Shown: positions 12,579-26,520, numbered from the stretch's first letter. The stretch: 64,000 nt of DNA from Octopus sinensis (GCF_006345805.1 NC_043002.1:104160001-104224000), one strand, 5' to 3'. Notes: a model not told the origin generated them from the sequence alone. A program made the numbers and translations.

Positions 12579-12831
12579 ACCACAGTAGTATTATTAGTAA
12601 TAACGAAAACAGCAGGGTTTATGGTAGTAATAGTAGTAGTAGTAGTAGTAGGGCTTATTGTTTGTAAGCCTACTACTTATTCTATCTACCTCTCATGCCG
12701 AACCGCTAAGTTACGGCGACATAAGCACACCAACTTCGGTTGTCAAGCGATGGTGGGGTGGGCAAACATAGATGCATGAACACACACACACACACACACA
12801 CCACACACACACACACACACACCACACACAC

Positions 12832-12862
<31 letters not shown>

Positions 12863-12885
12863 ATATATATTATATATATATATAT

Positions 12886-13577
12886 AGGAAAAAAGCAACA
12901 AGAATGGATTAAAATCTCGGTACGATCGTTTCGTACGAGGACATCTTTAATAAGCTACAAAAAATGCAGTGAATACAGATGGCTCGTACTCGTCAGCCGA
13001 AAAAACATCAGAGAATTCCCAAACATCAAAAGGGGTAGATACAAAAGAGGTGTAAGATTAACTGCATTGAAGAAAGTTCGATTCATGGAGATCCAATGAA
13101 AGGTTTTAAACTTACAGAATTTGTGCATGTCTACATATAGCTCATATTGAATTTTTAATCAAGTTGTGTGAAGAAATTTTCGGATACAGTCATGCAAAAT
13201 TTCTGAAAATCCGAGTAAGAGGCAAAGTGACTGCCATATCATGTAGAGGAAAGTCGTAGTAAAATCTGAGTAAAAGCAAAGTGACTGTCATATCGTGTAG
13301 AGGAACAGATTGTTATTGAAATTTACAAGAATCGCAGATAAGTTCGATTCTTGGAGATCCGATGAAACGTCTTGAACTTGCATTTTTTGTAGCTTATTAA
13401 AGATGTCCTCGTACGAAACGATCGTACCGAGATTTTAATCCATTCTTGTTGCTTTTTTCCTATTTGTAATCACCCCACTTGTCGTATGGTTAACACCATA
13501 TAGATTCCGGTGCATCCTAGTTAAGGACTATTCATGTGAATTCTTTAGAATTCACTAGAATCTCAATTACTTAACCG
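12886..13577. mobile_element. (TA)n-embedded HHR-bearing element with inverted arms (12886-12968 vs 13379-13462)
   Basis: ~83-bp perfect inverted repeat; internal direct repeats at 13071/13336 and 13207/13262. Confidence 0.8.
12915..13002 (-). ncRNA. Type I hammerhead ribozyme, intact core
   Basis: uuucgg-CUGACGA-GUACGAG...CUCGUAC-GAAACGAUCGUA-ccgaga: 6-bp stem I, 7-bp stem II with G10.1-C11.1, palindromic ACGAUCGU stem III, GUA site (cut between 12921 and 12920). Confidence 0.85.
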
Positions 13578-13623
13578 TATATATATATATATATATATAT
13601 ACGACGAGCCTTTTTCAGTTTCC

Positions 13624-13835
13624 TGTTTCTTTATTGCCCACAAGGAGCTAAACATAGAAGGGACAAACAAGGACAGACAAAGGGATTAAGACGATTAGAT
13701 CCACTCCAGTGCGTAACTGGTATTTTAATTTATTGATCTCGAAAGAATGAAAGGCAAAGTCGACCTCCGTGTAACGCCTGACGAAATACCACTTAGCATT
13801 TCGCCCGGAGTGCTAACGCTTCTGCCAGCTCGCCT
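13624..13835 (-). mobile_element. SINE family B inserted into the family A SINE
   Basis: Matches family B; 12-bp TSD ttttcagtttcc (13612-13623) / ctttcaatttcc (13836-13847). Confidence 0.85.
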
Positions 13836-14119
13836 CTTTCAATTTCCGTCTCCCAAATCCACTTACAAAGCTTTGGTCAGCCCGTGGTTATAGCAGAAGA
13901 CACTTGCCCAAAGTGCCATGCACTGGGACGGAACCCGGAACCATCTGGTTGGGAAGCAAGCTTCTTGTCACATAGACTCTCCTACGTGTTTACGCTGTAG
14001 AGGTTCTTTTTGTTTGTTTTTTTTGTGTGTTTTTTGGAGGGGGTGGGGTGCGATGATGAGTGGGGTAATCATTCTAGATATGGAATTGGTTTCGGCTCTA
14101 GCTGCAGAACTTTTACTGC

Positions 14120-15838
14120 TATTGTTAGTGGTGGTGGTGGTGACGATGGTGGTGGTAGCCATGGTGGTGGTGGTGACGATGGTGTGGTGGCCATGGTGGT
14201 GGTGGCCATGGTAGTGGTGATGACGATGGTGGTGGGGGTGGCCATGGTGGTGGTGGCCATGGTAGTGGTGATGACGATGGTGGTGGCGGCCATGGCGGTG
14301 GTGACGATAGTGGTGGTGGCCTTGGTGGTGGTGGTGACGATAGTGGTGGTGGTGGTGTTGGTAGTGTTGGTGGTGATGGTTGTGGTGGTGTGCATGAGGA
14401 TGATGATGATGATGAGGAGGAGGAGGAGGAGGAGGAAGTGGAGGAGGAGGATAATGATGATGGCAGTTGTAGTCGTAGTGTTGGTGGTGATGGTTGTGGT
14501 GGTTGTGGTGGTGGGCATGAGGATGATGATGATGATGTGATGATGATGATGAGGAGGAGGAGGAGGAGGAGGAGGAGGAGGATAATGATGATGGCAGTTG
14601 TAGTCGTAGTGTTGGTGGTGATTGAGGTGGATGTGGTTCATGTTGGGAGTCGGGCTAAAACGGCATTGTTGTTGCTGTTGCTGTTGTTGCACCTGTAGTT
14701 GATGCTTGTATGGTGGTTGGGTGGGGATGTACATTGTTTGGGTGTTAATAACTGACGCTGTGGTAGTTCCATTGGTGTCGTTATTTTGCAGCGAGGGTTG
14801 GGTTTTATGCGTTGAAAACGTGTAAGTGTTGCCGTTCGTGGTGATAGTGGTGGTGACGATGGTGGTGGGGGTGGCCATGGTGGGGGTGGCCATGGTGGTG
14901 GTGACGATGGTGGTGGGGGTGGCCATGGGGATGGTGACGATGGTGGTGGTGGCGATGGTGGTAGTGGCCATGGTGGTGGTGACGATGGTGGTGGTAGCCA
15001 TGGTGGTGGTGACGATGGTGGTGGTGGCCATGGTGGTGGTGGTGACGATGGTGGTGCTGACGATAGTGGTGGTGGTGGTGACGATGGTGGTGGCGGCCAT
15101 GGCGGTGGTGACGATAGTGGTGGTGGCCTTGGTGGTGGTGGTGACGATGGTGGTGGTGGCCATGGTGGTGGTGGCCATGGTGGTGGTGACGATGGTGGTG
15201 GTGGCCATGGTGGTGGTAGCCATGGTGGTGGTGACGATGGTGGTGGTGGCCATGGTGGTGTTGGCCATGGTGGTGATGGCCATGGTGGTGGTGGCCATTG
15301 TGGTGGCGACGATGGTGGTGGGGGCCATGGTGGTGGTGGCCATGGTAGTGGTGATGACGATGGTGGTGGTGGCCATGGTGGAGGTGGCCATGGTGGTGGT
15401 GGCCACGGTAGTGGTGGTGTCAGTGATGTCGATGGCGATGGCGGTGTTGGTGAGAGATGCTGGTGATTGCAGTCGTGCCAATGGTATGATGGCCATTGTT
15501 GTTGGACATAAGGTGATGCTAGCAATTTTGATTGTGACCAAGATGGAAATAATCATATAAGCGGAGGGGTGGAGTAGGGACGGGATGATGGTGGTAGTAG
15601 TAATGGTATTGGTACGGGTGATAGTAGTAGTGTTGGCGTTAGTAGTAATTGCGGTATCGATTCGAGTGCTAATGGTGGTGATAATGATGCTGTTAGTGTC
15701 TCGTTCTCTCGATATTGATGGCGATATTAGTGGACGCAGCTTTATGAATAGAAATGCTTCGTGAAGCTGTTGGTGATTCGAGGCAGCATTTATGGCCATT
15801 GTAGTGGCATGATGATGATGATGTGATGATGATGATGA

Positions 15839-15871
<33 letters not shown>

Positions 15872-15884
15872 AATGATGATGATG

Positions 15885-15928
<44 letters not shown>

Positions 15929-16032
15929 TATAATAATAATGATTGTGACAGTTTTCGTGTAAATGTAACAGCGTGCGTAGCAGAGGTAGTAGTAATAGTA
16001 ATAGTAATAGTAGTGGTGATGGTGGAGGTAGT

Positions 16033-16064
<32 letters not shown>

Positions 16065-16323
16065 TAGTAGTAGTTGTAGCAGCGGCAGTAGTAACAGTTC
16101 TAGCAATAGTAGTAGTAGTGGTGGTGGTGGTGGTAGTAGTAGCAGTAGTAGTAGTATTATCAGTAGTAGTAGTAGTAGTGGTAGTAGTAGTAGTATTTAT
16201 ATCAGTAGCACTAGTAGTAGTAGTAGTAGTTATACCAGTAGCAGTAGTAGTAGTAGTAATATCAGCAGCAGTAGTAATAGTAGTAGTAGTATTACTTGTA
16301 GTAGTATTTGTAGCAGCAGCTGC

Positions 16324-16363
<40 letters not shown>

Positions 16364-16491
16364 TTTATATCAGTAGCACTAGTAGTAGTAGTAGTAGTTA
16401 TATCAGTAGCAGTAGTAGTAGTAGTAATATCAGCAGCAGTAGTAATAGTAGTAGTAGTATTACTTGTAGTAGTATTTGTAGCAGCAGCTGC

Positions 16492-16528
<37 letters not shown>

Positions 16529-16640
16529 TATAGTAGTAGTAGTAGTAGCAGTAGCTGCGGCGGCGGCGGTGGTGGCGGCGGTGGTGGTTGTGTTGGTGTT
16601 GGTGGTGTTGGTGGTGGTGGTGGTGGTGGTGGTGGTGGTA
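14120..16640. repeat. Large compound triplet-based minisatellite (GGT/GCC-ATG/GAT/TAA/AGT) with a 168-bp tandem duplication (16193 and 16361)
   Basis: Units gtggtggccatg and gtgacgatg recur; long ORFs appear in several frames on both strands. Confidence 0.9.
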
Positions 16641-16969
16641 GGTTTGAATGACATTGCAACGATGGTTGAGGCAAGTGGCGTTAGCTGCAGTGGCGATGGT
16701 CGAGGAAATGTTGGTAGCTTCACCAGGTTTTTGGTAGTGAAGCTGCGAGAGACTGTAGCAGTGAGTTTGATTGTGGGGAGAAACAAAACTGGTGTTTTTT
16801 GGGATGAGTGTGGCGGTTCAATTTGCATTGGTTATAGCGGCGGTTCTCGTAGTTTTGTTGCTATTAGGAGATCAAGAGGAAGGTGTACATGTTCGAATGC
16901 TAATGATGTTAATAGATGTGGGAGAAGTGGTGCTGCAAGATGGGATTTTTGTGGTGGTAGTAAATATCC

Positions 16970-17170
16970 TTTCTCCTAAAAGCACGAGGCCAGGAATTTG
17001 AGGGGATGGGATTAGTCGTTTACATCCATCCCAGTGTTTCACTGGTACTTAATTTCTCGGAGCCGAAAGGATGAAAGCAAAGTCCGACCTCAGCGGAATT
17101 TGAACTCAGAACGTGATGGCAGACGAAATACCGCAAAGCATTTCGTCCGCGTGCTAACGATTCTGCCAGT
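16970..17170 (-). mobile_element. SINE family B
   Basis: ctggtacttaattt..gaaaggatgaaagcaaagt..gcggaatttgaactcagaacgt..gtgctaacgattctgccag. Confidence 0.85.
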
Positions 17171-17199
17171 GGAGGTTGTAAACGTTTTGATATAATTGT

Positions 17200-17425
17200 G
17201 CCGAGTTGGCAGACACGTTAGCGTGCCGGGCGAACTGCTTAGCGGTATTTCGTCAGTCGTTACGTTTTGAGTTCAAAATCCGCCGAGGTCGACTTTGCCT
17301 TTCATCCTTTCGGGGTCGATAAATTAAGTACCAGTTTCGCACTGGGGTCCATGTAATTAACTTAATCCGTTTGTCTCTTCTTGTTTGTCCCCTTTATGTT
17401 TAGACCCTTGTGGGCAGTAAATAAA
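17200..17425 (+). mobile_element. SINE family B (head-to-head with the preceding copy)
   Basis: Near full-length match to 48760-48997. Confidence 0.9.
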
Positions 17426-17517
17426 TATATAATAGTGCCGGTTGTAGTGGTTGTAGTGGTGATAAATTTGGGGCGTATAGTGACGTTGTTTGCCGTAAAC
17501 ACGCTGGAGTATGCGGT

Positions 17518-17600
17518 CAAGGGCCCGGGAACGAGGGGTGCAGCGGGTGCACCTGCACCTCTTGGAATTTTGAGGTGGTGCAAGATGAAAACTTGCACCT
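17518..17600. mobile_element. Possible GC-rich DNA-transposon (hAT/MITE-like) terminus
   Basis: caagggcccggga..ggggtgcagcgggtgcacctgcacc with recurring tgcacc; partner end not found. Confidence 0.3.
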
Positions 17601-18423
17601 CCTGCATTATTTTACCTGTTTCAGAAAATAGTGTCTAAAAACTTATCTGTAGAAGATGCTTGAAGCTAGATTCCGTTTCAAAGCAAAAATAAAGAACAAA
17701 AATAAATAAATAAATAAAAGTGATGAAGCTGGGCTTAAAATTCCCAAGGAAATTTATGACTAACCAAATTCTGAAGCAAAGTAGCGTCAACATAAAAAAG
17801 TATGTGACAACAACAACAGTAGCATCAAACAACATGACCAGCATCTACTGCTACTCTTCAATACATAGCATTACTCGGATTCTTGAAGACAGCTCTATCC
17901 TGACAAAAATAACTCAAAAATCTTGCAATGCTGAAAATGTGTGAAGGTTCTTGTCCTCTCTCAGTCTGTCACCTCTGCGGTGATGACACTAGTTATGTTG
18001 CCAGTGGTAGTAATGATCGTGTTGGTACCAGCTGCCATGGTGGTGGTTGCAACTTATCTTGCTGATTCAGACAGGGGTAACCTCCGTGGAAATGACGGTG
18101 GTGAGAGATTTTTTGCCGATTGTTTCTGATGTCAGTGGTGGACGTAGTCACATAACAGTTGTGGCGATGCAGTCTTGGCAGTTGTTTTGCTCCTGGCTGT
18201 TGATGGTAGGTACGCTTTCTAGTACGTTTAGTGCTGACTGATTACCCTGGCTCTGCTACTATACCTAGCCACGCCTACACGCCTTACTTTTCAAAACAAA
18301 TGTTTACGATTTCCAGGGATATTTGGTGCCTATATTTAGCAAATAACATATTTTTCAAACTCTCCGGATCCCCCGGAAAAGTGGTATATCTGATAGGTTT
18401 TGAGAACACTATCTTATATATAG

Positions 18424-18455
<32 letters not shown>

Positions 18456-18641
18456 TGTGTGTGTGTGTGTGTGTGCGTGTGTGTTGTGTGTGGTGTATCT
18501 GTGTTTATATGTATATATAGTACATATATAATATATATATATATAGTTGTGGTATATATATATATATATATATATGTATACATATATATATATATATATG
18601 TATATGTGTATATGTATATAAATTTCTATACATATATATGC

Positions 18642-18686
<45 letters not shown>

Positions 18687-19714
18687 CACACACACACACA
18701 TATATAATATATACATATATACATATATTGTATGCATATATATACATCTATATATGTATATGTATATATAATATAAATAAATCTGTATGTGTATATGCAT
18801 GTATATACATATATACATAAATAAATATGTATAAATTTATTGTCATTATTTTTGTTGTTCTTGTGGTTGATGTTGTTATTGATGTTGTTACTTCTGTTAG
18901 TGGTGGTGGTGGTGGCGGCGGTGGTGCTATTACTATGACTTGTTCAATTGATGCCAGTTATAAATAGCGTTTCTCGGAGTTTACAATGAACGCTATTTGT
19001 GTGTAGTTTTCACGGTGATGGCAGTTTGGCTTTGATCATTGCGGTTCCATTACGCGCCCGATATTTTACATTTAACAAGGCCAGAAGGATGAAAGCGAAA
19101 AATCAATCTCCGCGGAATTTGAACTCACAACTTGAAGGGAAGTAACAAACACTGCACGGCATTAGGTCTGATGCTCTACTGATTCTCATCACTCCACTGT
19201 ACTGATTTGTGCTTACATATTGAAAGTTAAAAATACTATTAAATCTTGGCAAACATCAATTGCGAATACTGGTTAATTTAGCGTTAAGACTATCGAAGAA
19301 CGTATCAGCTCCTGGATAGAATTACAGATTATTGAACGGAATATTCCCAGGCGTTTTGCTAGCTATTTTTGCTACCTAATTGACTGTACATGCAACGACT
19401 CACCTAGAACGGTCTTATTTTCAATATTCTATTTAATCTACTAAACCCGTTCGTTCGCATGTGTATATATATCATCATACATGTATGTCTATGTATGTAT
19501 ATATATATATACACATATATATATACATATATATACATATATATATATGCACATATATACATATATATACATATATATGTATATATATACACATTTATAC
19601 ACACATATATTCATTTATATATACATGCATATATTCACATATATATGCCTACATATATTCATATATATACTTATATACATATACATACACACATATTTAT
19701 ATACATATATGTGC

Positions 19715-19764
<50 letters not shown>

Positions 19765-20465
19765 TGAGGGAGAAAATCACTGAAATAAACCGACATATAT
19801 GCAGGAGCATCTGTCGATACTTGGAGCTCGACTGAACGAAAACTGGATTTTCGTACACATGCAGGCTTAAGGAAAAACAAAAGCAAACCTTATGTAAAAT
19901 ATATAATACTCCCCACTCGTGCACATACATAATATATGGTATGCGTAAGAACAAATGATATATAACACAATAAGTGTATAATCATATAGGAAATACAGCT
20001 GTTAATGTTGCAGTGCGGCTCACTTGACGTCGCATGAGGTTAATTTGCTGCAGCGCCACATTAGTGAATTGTTGTTTTTAGTTAGAATCACTTCAGTTTT
20101 CATTATACTTAATATTAGGTTTGTGTTGTGGGTCAATACAGTGTGTTTGAGAAATATATTGGCGAACGTTAATATCCATATCTGTCTTGTAGAAATCAAT
20201 CAGCCCACAAATTAACATTTTGCGCCCGTCTTCCAAATTCCCGTCGCAAGGTGTTCGTATTCAACCAAATTTTATAATTTTGTTGTTTTTGTTGTTCGGA
20301 GGTGGTGAATGTTTCGTGTCCTTGTCCAGATAGCCTCGAGGCTGGTTAGAGTAACGTAGTTGATCTTAACTCTTGGACATTTTCAAGGCTGTATTCAGCA
20401 CAGAATGATCTGATAATGAAAAACTTTCGGAAGATGACACTGTGGGGTATCAGGACTGTTTTAAT

Positions 20466-20765
20466 GGAGGCACATGGCCTAGTGGTTAAAGCAGCGGATT
20501 CGCGGTCGAGGGATTGCGGATTCGAATCTTAGACCGGGCTATGTATATGTTTATGAGCGAAACACCTAAGCTTCACGCGGCTCCGGCAGAAGGTAATGGC
20601 GAACTTCTGCTGACTCTTTCGCCACAACTTTCTCTCACTCTTTCCTCCTGCTTCTAGCAGCTAACCTGCGATGGACCAGCGTTCAGTCCAGGTGGAGAAC
20701 CTATACGACAAGTAAACCGGGAAACAGGCCCTTATGAGCCAGGCATGGCTCGAGAAGGAACAAAA
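20466..20765 (+). mobile_element. SINE family C (tRNA head, V-domain-like centre)
   Basis: A box tggcctagtgg, B box ttcgaatc, cctgcgatggaccagcgttcagtccagg; imperfect TSD tcaggactgttttaat / tcaggatgtttaaat. Confidence 0.8.
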
Positions 20766-22414
20766 TAAAAATCAGGATGTTTAAATAGTTATTGTGACGT
20801 GTGAGAAGGTGATACGCCCTATCATGTGAGCAGGTGACACGAATCATGTTTTCATGTTGTCCGAAAAAGCCTCAAGCCCTGTAAGTCAGGAACCATTGCA
20901 TCTGCGTGATTTGTCCAAGAGACTGTGAGGCAGAGGTTTAAGTGTAGTAGTAAGTGACCTATAGCACAGACTCGGGTAGCCAGTCTATGTGTATGTGATA
21001 GGGACGGGAGCGGAGTTGGGTAAAAATCAAATGACAGGATCGCGAACTTGAAGACGTGTATGCTGTAATTTATTTCGTTGATGTTGTTTTTTTTTTATAA
21101 CGAATATTTCAATGAATGTGAATTTTCGGTTTTATCTCTAATGTATGAAACTCTCAATCTGGTAGAGACTTACGTACAGAGAAACTTGATTTTATGTATT
21201 ACTGGCACAGTAAGTCTTGTGTAGAGGCGTATTTCTCTCTGCCATTTTGTCAGGTTAAACAGGCAACAATTGTTCAGATGTTCCGTTATTCTGGAGCTGT
21301 GTAGGATCTCTTGTGTTGCCTCCATCGTGTATCAATAAATAAAATGCTTAAATAGTTGCATCTTGTTAGCAGACAATTATTTACTCATGCTCATTGATGT
21401 GTCAGAGGCGCACACAACAACATTTACTGCTTCATAAAGAATGCTATTAACGTCTCGATTATTATGGCATACGAACCTTCGGATGAATCTCGATGTGGTC
21501 AGTTGGATTATTAGAAGCGTCGACCAATCGTTTTAAAACCTACATAACATCTTTTAGAAATAAAAAAAACCATTCCAGAGTGTAGACTTAGACATAGAGC
21601 AAAAATAAAATAGGGGAAGAATAGAACAAGAATAACTTTAAATATAGGTCCACTCGACCGAACGGCAGCATTTTCCGAAGTTTTACAAAACTGGATTATG
21701 AATACCAAGGGAAATATGGAGGAATAGTCACGTTCGGAAAGTCTTTTATTATAGATCTGCTCGATTAGGGGTCTAAATAACAAGTATATACAGCGTGAGT
21801 TTCCAATGAAATCTCCACTACTTTTAAATCACAGCATTCTTGCGTTCGTTGCTATAATGACGATCAATAATATCTTGTATTGATGGGTGCTGTTCAGTTT
21901 AGAGTCAATAACGTACGGGTATTTATATCAGTGTCTCGAATGTCATCTAACGTCCAATCAAATAGTCGAAATATTGGAAGCAGTTATGCCACAGCAAACA
22001 CATTCTGGACTATTGATTTTTTTGTGTAGGCTGAGATATCCGAGGAAAATATTTTGTAAACTCTGATCTAATATTTTCCACTAAGATACATTACTAGCTA
22101 CCAGCTTTAACGCAGGATATATTTTCAGCCACCCCTGGGTACGTGTGCAACATTCGATACTAGATATTAGAAAACTACTGGCAAACTTGTTAGAGAGATT
22201 CGGCCACATTGATTTGTTGCTGCGTCTCTCAGGTCACAAGCAGGTAGTATAACATAAATATGTATATGTGAGTGTCTGCGTATGCATATATATATATAAT
22301 ATGTATATGTATATGTGTATATATAACACACAGATATTTATACACATATGCAAACACACAAATATAAGTGTTGTGTTTGTGTTCGTTTGTATGTGTTATA
22401 TATAATATATATAT

Positions 22415-22468
<54 letters not shown>

Positions 22469-22839
22469 ACTTGTGTGTGTAAACAGCCATGTATATGCAT
22501 ATTTTTGTTATTTATGTAATAAGTCTGCGTGTTCAGCTGTGTTGCGTGTTTGTTCATTATAATACTTTCGAAGTAATTTAGCGACAGATTACAGAGTACA
22601 GAATAAGATACGTAGACTAAATATATGTATCCAAATATGATGTTTATATAAGATTATTGGTTCTTTGTTTGTTCCATACTTGGTAAGGATAATCAACAGA
22701 GTTTTACCACTATCGATAAAAACTTTCCGCCAAAATTTCTTTTATACTTTTGCTTTCAGAATGGTTATAAGGCATCATGTCATGCAAAACTATCTCCTCG
22801 TAAACAGATAAATGCTTATATATTCATAAATTGAAGTCG

Positions 22840-23040
22840 TGAGTTGGCTGAATTTTAACGCGTCGGGTAAAATACTTAACATTTCGTCCGCATTTGCGTG
22901 CTGCGTTCAAATTCTACTGAGATCGACTTTGCTTTTCATCCTTTCGAGGACTCTAAAATAATTACCAATTGATCACTTGTGTCGATGCAATTGATTTATT
23001 CACTTCCTCGAAATCGCTGGCCTTGTGCCAGAATTTTAAA
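22840..23040 (+). mobile_element. Degenerate SINE family B
   Basis: gttcaaattctactgagatcgacttttgcttttcatcctttcgagg-type core; similar decayed copies at ~19080-19200(-), 42925-43070(+), 60625-60810(-). Confidence 0.7.
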
Positions 23041-23406
23041 TAAATATATTTATATTGTAAACATTTCAATTACTACATTAATTGTTTGAAATTATTTCGT
23101 TATAAAAGAACTGTGTCTGGGGAAAATAAATATTGACACCACAGAAATTTCTGAAGCAAAAGTGATAAGAATTCTAAGCAAATCTCGAAAATCATGAAAT
23201 AGCTTGCCTGTTTCGCTTATCGAGAGGACGTTGAAAGCAGATATTGAAGAATAATCGGTTTCGTTAAATAACAGGAGACTTTTACATTTGAGATGAATGT
23301 TGTGTGTATCTGGCGGAATGTTTTCGTTGGTGTATACGCTTAAATCACACTGAAATACACACACACACATACAAACACACACACACACATATGTGCAGAT
23401 ATGCAC

Positions 23407-23990
23407 ACGCTTCGTCCTCTTCGCATTATTTGTATCCAGCGAGGGCGATCATTTCCGGCTTCCTCCCCTCTCAGGACGCTCACATCGTTTGACCTCATAT
23501 CACTCTTACAGACGTCCTTGAAACGAAGACGAGGTCATCCTCGTGCTCTTGTGCCGGAGGTCAATTCCCAGTACAAGAGGTCCTTTGGGATCTTCACATC
23601 CGGTATGCGTTGTACATGGGTATCTTGACGCAGTTGAGGACTTCGGTTTTGGGGACCCGTCTGAAATTACGAAGGTAGAAGTTGAGATGTTGCTCCTGTC
23701 TGGAAATGAAGCTTTATGTCTGAATGCCGTAAACTAGTGTACTGAGGACGAACGCCTTCTACGCAGTCTTGGTGTTTGGGGCCTGTTTTCTGTTTTCCCA
23801 GACTCATTTGTTAGCTTGACACATGGGGAAGATACTCGTCTAGTCATCTGTTGATCGCAGGGTCTAGAGAAAGTTCATCAGAAATGGAAGAGTAGAGGTA
23901 GATAAATTCATGAACTGCATCCAGCTTGTGGTTGTTGATAGAGATGGTGACGCGAACTAGCACCTGGCCCAGTAGTTGGTCTTCTTCTGT
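23407..23990 (-). mobile_element. RTE-clade LINE fragment (RT C-terminal region), pseudogenised
   Basis: TISINNHKLDAVHEFIYLYSSISDELSLDPAINR ... VLSTLVYG ... HVQRIPDVKIPKDLLYWELTSGTRARG*PRLRFKDVCKSDM. Confidence 0.9.
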
Positions 23991-24153
23991 CTTCTGTAGA
24001 TACACACACACACCTACACACACACCACACACACACACATATATATATATGGTGTGTGTGTGTGTGTGTGTGTATGTATGCATGTATAAAAGTAAATGAG
24101 TGGAAATCGAACCGGTGTGTGTGTTAAGAGAAGACCCTCCCCAGACACAATAA

Positions 24154-24222
<69 letters not shown>

Positions 24223-24227
24223 ATGTA

Positions 24228-24258
<31 letters not shown>

Positions 24259-24795
24259 ACATGCACAAATGTTTATATGTTTATATGTATACAAGCTTGA
24301 GAAACATTTTTTTAAGACCGAATGTAATTTTCTGAAATGCAAGTACTGTGATCGTTTCACTACATAAACTCACCCATAACATTTCTTGTATGGAGTCATG
24401 TATATAAACGCTGGCCTTTCACTCTCCCTCTCTTTCTTTGTCTCTGCACCCCCTCTCTCTATATGTTTACCTGTATCTGTAACTCATTTACTTACACACA
24501 CACACACGCACATACACTCTCTCTGTCTCTTTCTGTCTTTCTCTCTCTCTCTCTCTCTCTCCCTCTCTATAAAAGTCACACCAGCTCACACAACTACGCA
24601 CTCACATGATCACCGTTACTTATATACGCATACATGTCGTTGTATATGAATAATAATAATGATGATGATGATGATATAAGCTTACATGCATATACACATA
24701 ATTGTTTGAGTGCGCAATTAGTTATATGAACATTATGATATATTCATGTGTATGTGTGTATACACATATATATATATACATATATATATATATAC

Positions 24796-24844
<49 letters not shown>

Positions 24845-25872
24845 AAGAGAGAGAAAGAAGGAGAAAGATAGATAGATATACACATACATACACACACATG
24901 CACGCACGCACGCGCATATATGAGTGTGTAATATATAATCATATAGTATATATATAATATATATATAATATATATATATATACATACATATAAATACATA
25001 TAAATATATATATATGTGTGTGCGTGTGTATGTATATGTATGTACATATATATATACATACATATATACACATTGTATATAACTATTGCAATTCGTAACA
25101 AACAAAAAGAAAAACAATTATGTAAAAGAGGAAATAAAATTTCTGCAGAGAAAAAAAGAAAGAAAGAAAGAAGCGTTCTGTGAGTCTCTAAATCAAAGGT
25201 TTCGGCTTTGTTTCTCAACAGCTGGACATCCCCAATCAATATCGAGAATTCATAATAACAAAGGTAAAAGTAAGCAACGAAAAAACAATAATGATGCAAA
25301 TAATAATAAAAAGAGCAGAAACGAAATAGAACATGGAAATAAGCAAGGAGTGAGTGGGAGACATTTGCGAAACTGTTGGAATATTCCATGCAGATGTTCA
25401 AATTCTTATTGTAAATCCTTTCTTAATCTCACAGCACCGTTCTATCTATTTGTACTCATACTTCTAGCAAAGCAGATGTTTATCTCGAAGCATTTCAATA
25501 CAGATATATTTAGAATACCACACAAGATGTACATACAGTGAAGGCGAGAGTCGAAAACCATTATGATAAAAAATAATATTATTAATAATAGTAATGTTAA
25601 TAAAAATATCAGTGAATATAAGAAATATGTACAAATAAAAATGAAAGTATAAGAGCAAATAGATAGCAAGAAAAGTAAATACAAAAGCTGAGATATTTTG
25701 ACCGAAATGTAAGACTTTTTCGATAAACGTAATATTAATGCAGGCGCAATATGAACGGATGTTGAACAAAAGATTACATACAGTGAAAAACAGTCACATA
25801 ATACAATACAACATTTGATGAGATGTTACGTGTAATTCTTTGTTTAATTCCATTCCAATATTTTAAAGAAAT

Positions 25873-25908
<36 letters not shown>

Positions 25909-26454
25909 GTGTGTGTTTGTGCGTGTGAGTGCACCTGTACAAGCTGTAGTCCCTTAAGTTTCTTAACGATACGATTTGGAATGCAACGTAAGATTTTTAC
26001 GTGAAAATTAAAGATTATAAAATGTGCAGACAAATGGAGAGGGATTTTAAAGAGATTAAATAAGAAGCAGGTTGTGGAAATCCCATTTCGGGCAAAGTAT
26101 CTCCTTTGCAGGAAGAGATCACATGAAGTATAGACTAATAGAAAATATGTGAAGATGAATGCCTGTGTGTGCATCACCCTATGAGCGTCCCTTAATGAAA
26201 AGAAACTCACAAACATATATATGCTCGTATTATTCATCTGTGATCACAGACGTGATTCTATGTATCCATATTTGTATGCATGTATATATGTGTTATACAA
26301 TTCATTTTAAATATGAAAATAAATGCATTAGGTTTTTTAAAAAAATCAATAGGTAAAATTCATGCAGGAAGCTTTCTCCCTGTGTATGTTTACACACACA
26401 AATAAATATATATATACATATGTATACAAATAAATATGTATATACATATAACGT

Positions 26455-26520
26455 CGGTGCATCAGCAACGGCGGTGCATCAGCATGGCCGCAGCTCTGGG
26501 CTGAAACTAGAAAAAAATAT
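26455..26520 (+). mobile_element. Isolated 3' tail of the CR1-like LINE / SINE A
   Basis: ggcggtgcatcagcatggccgcagctctgggctgaaactagaaaa matches 34249-34295. Confidence 0.7.

Larger units (their letters stand above)
12650..13986 (-). mobile_element. SINE family A (tRNA head, internal (TA)/(TG) tract) hosting two nested insertions
   Basis: 3' half at 12650-12770 (gccgaaccgctaagttacg); 5' half at 13601-13623 plus 13836-13986 (gacacttgcccaaagtgcc..gaacccggaacca). Confidence 0.8.

Noticed and set aside
18238-18325. CUGAUUA-ccctgg...ccaggg-AUA hammerhead candidate
   Set aside because: Both core segments are mismatched; chance match plausible
20300-20930. LINE endonuclease remnant (SDH motif) around the family C SINE
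   Set aside because: Single tripeptide match; no other APE motifs found
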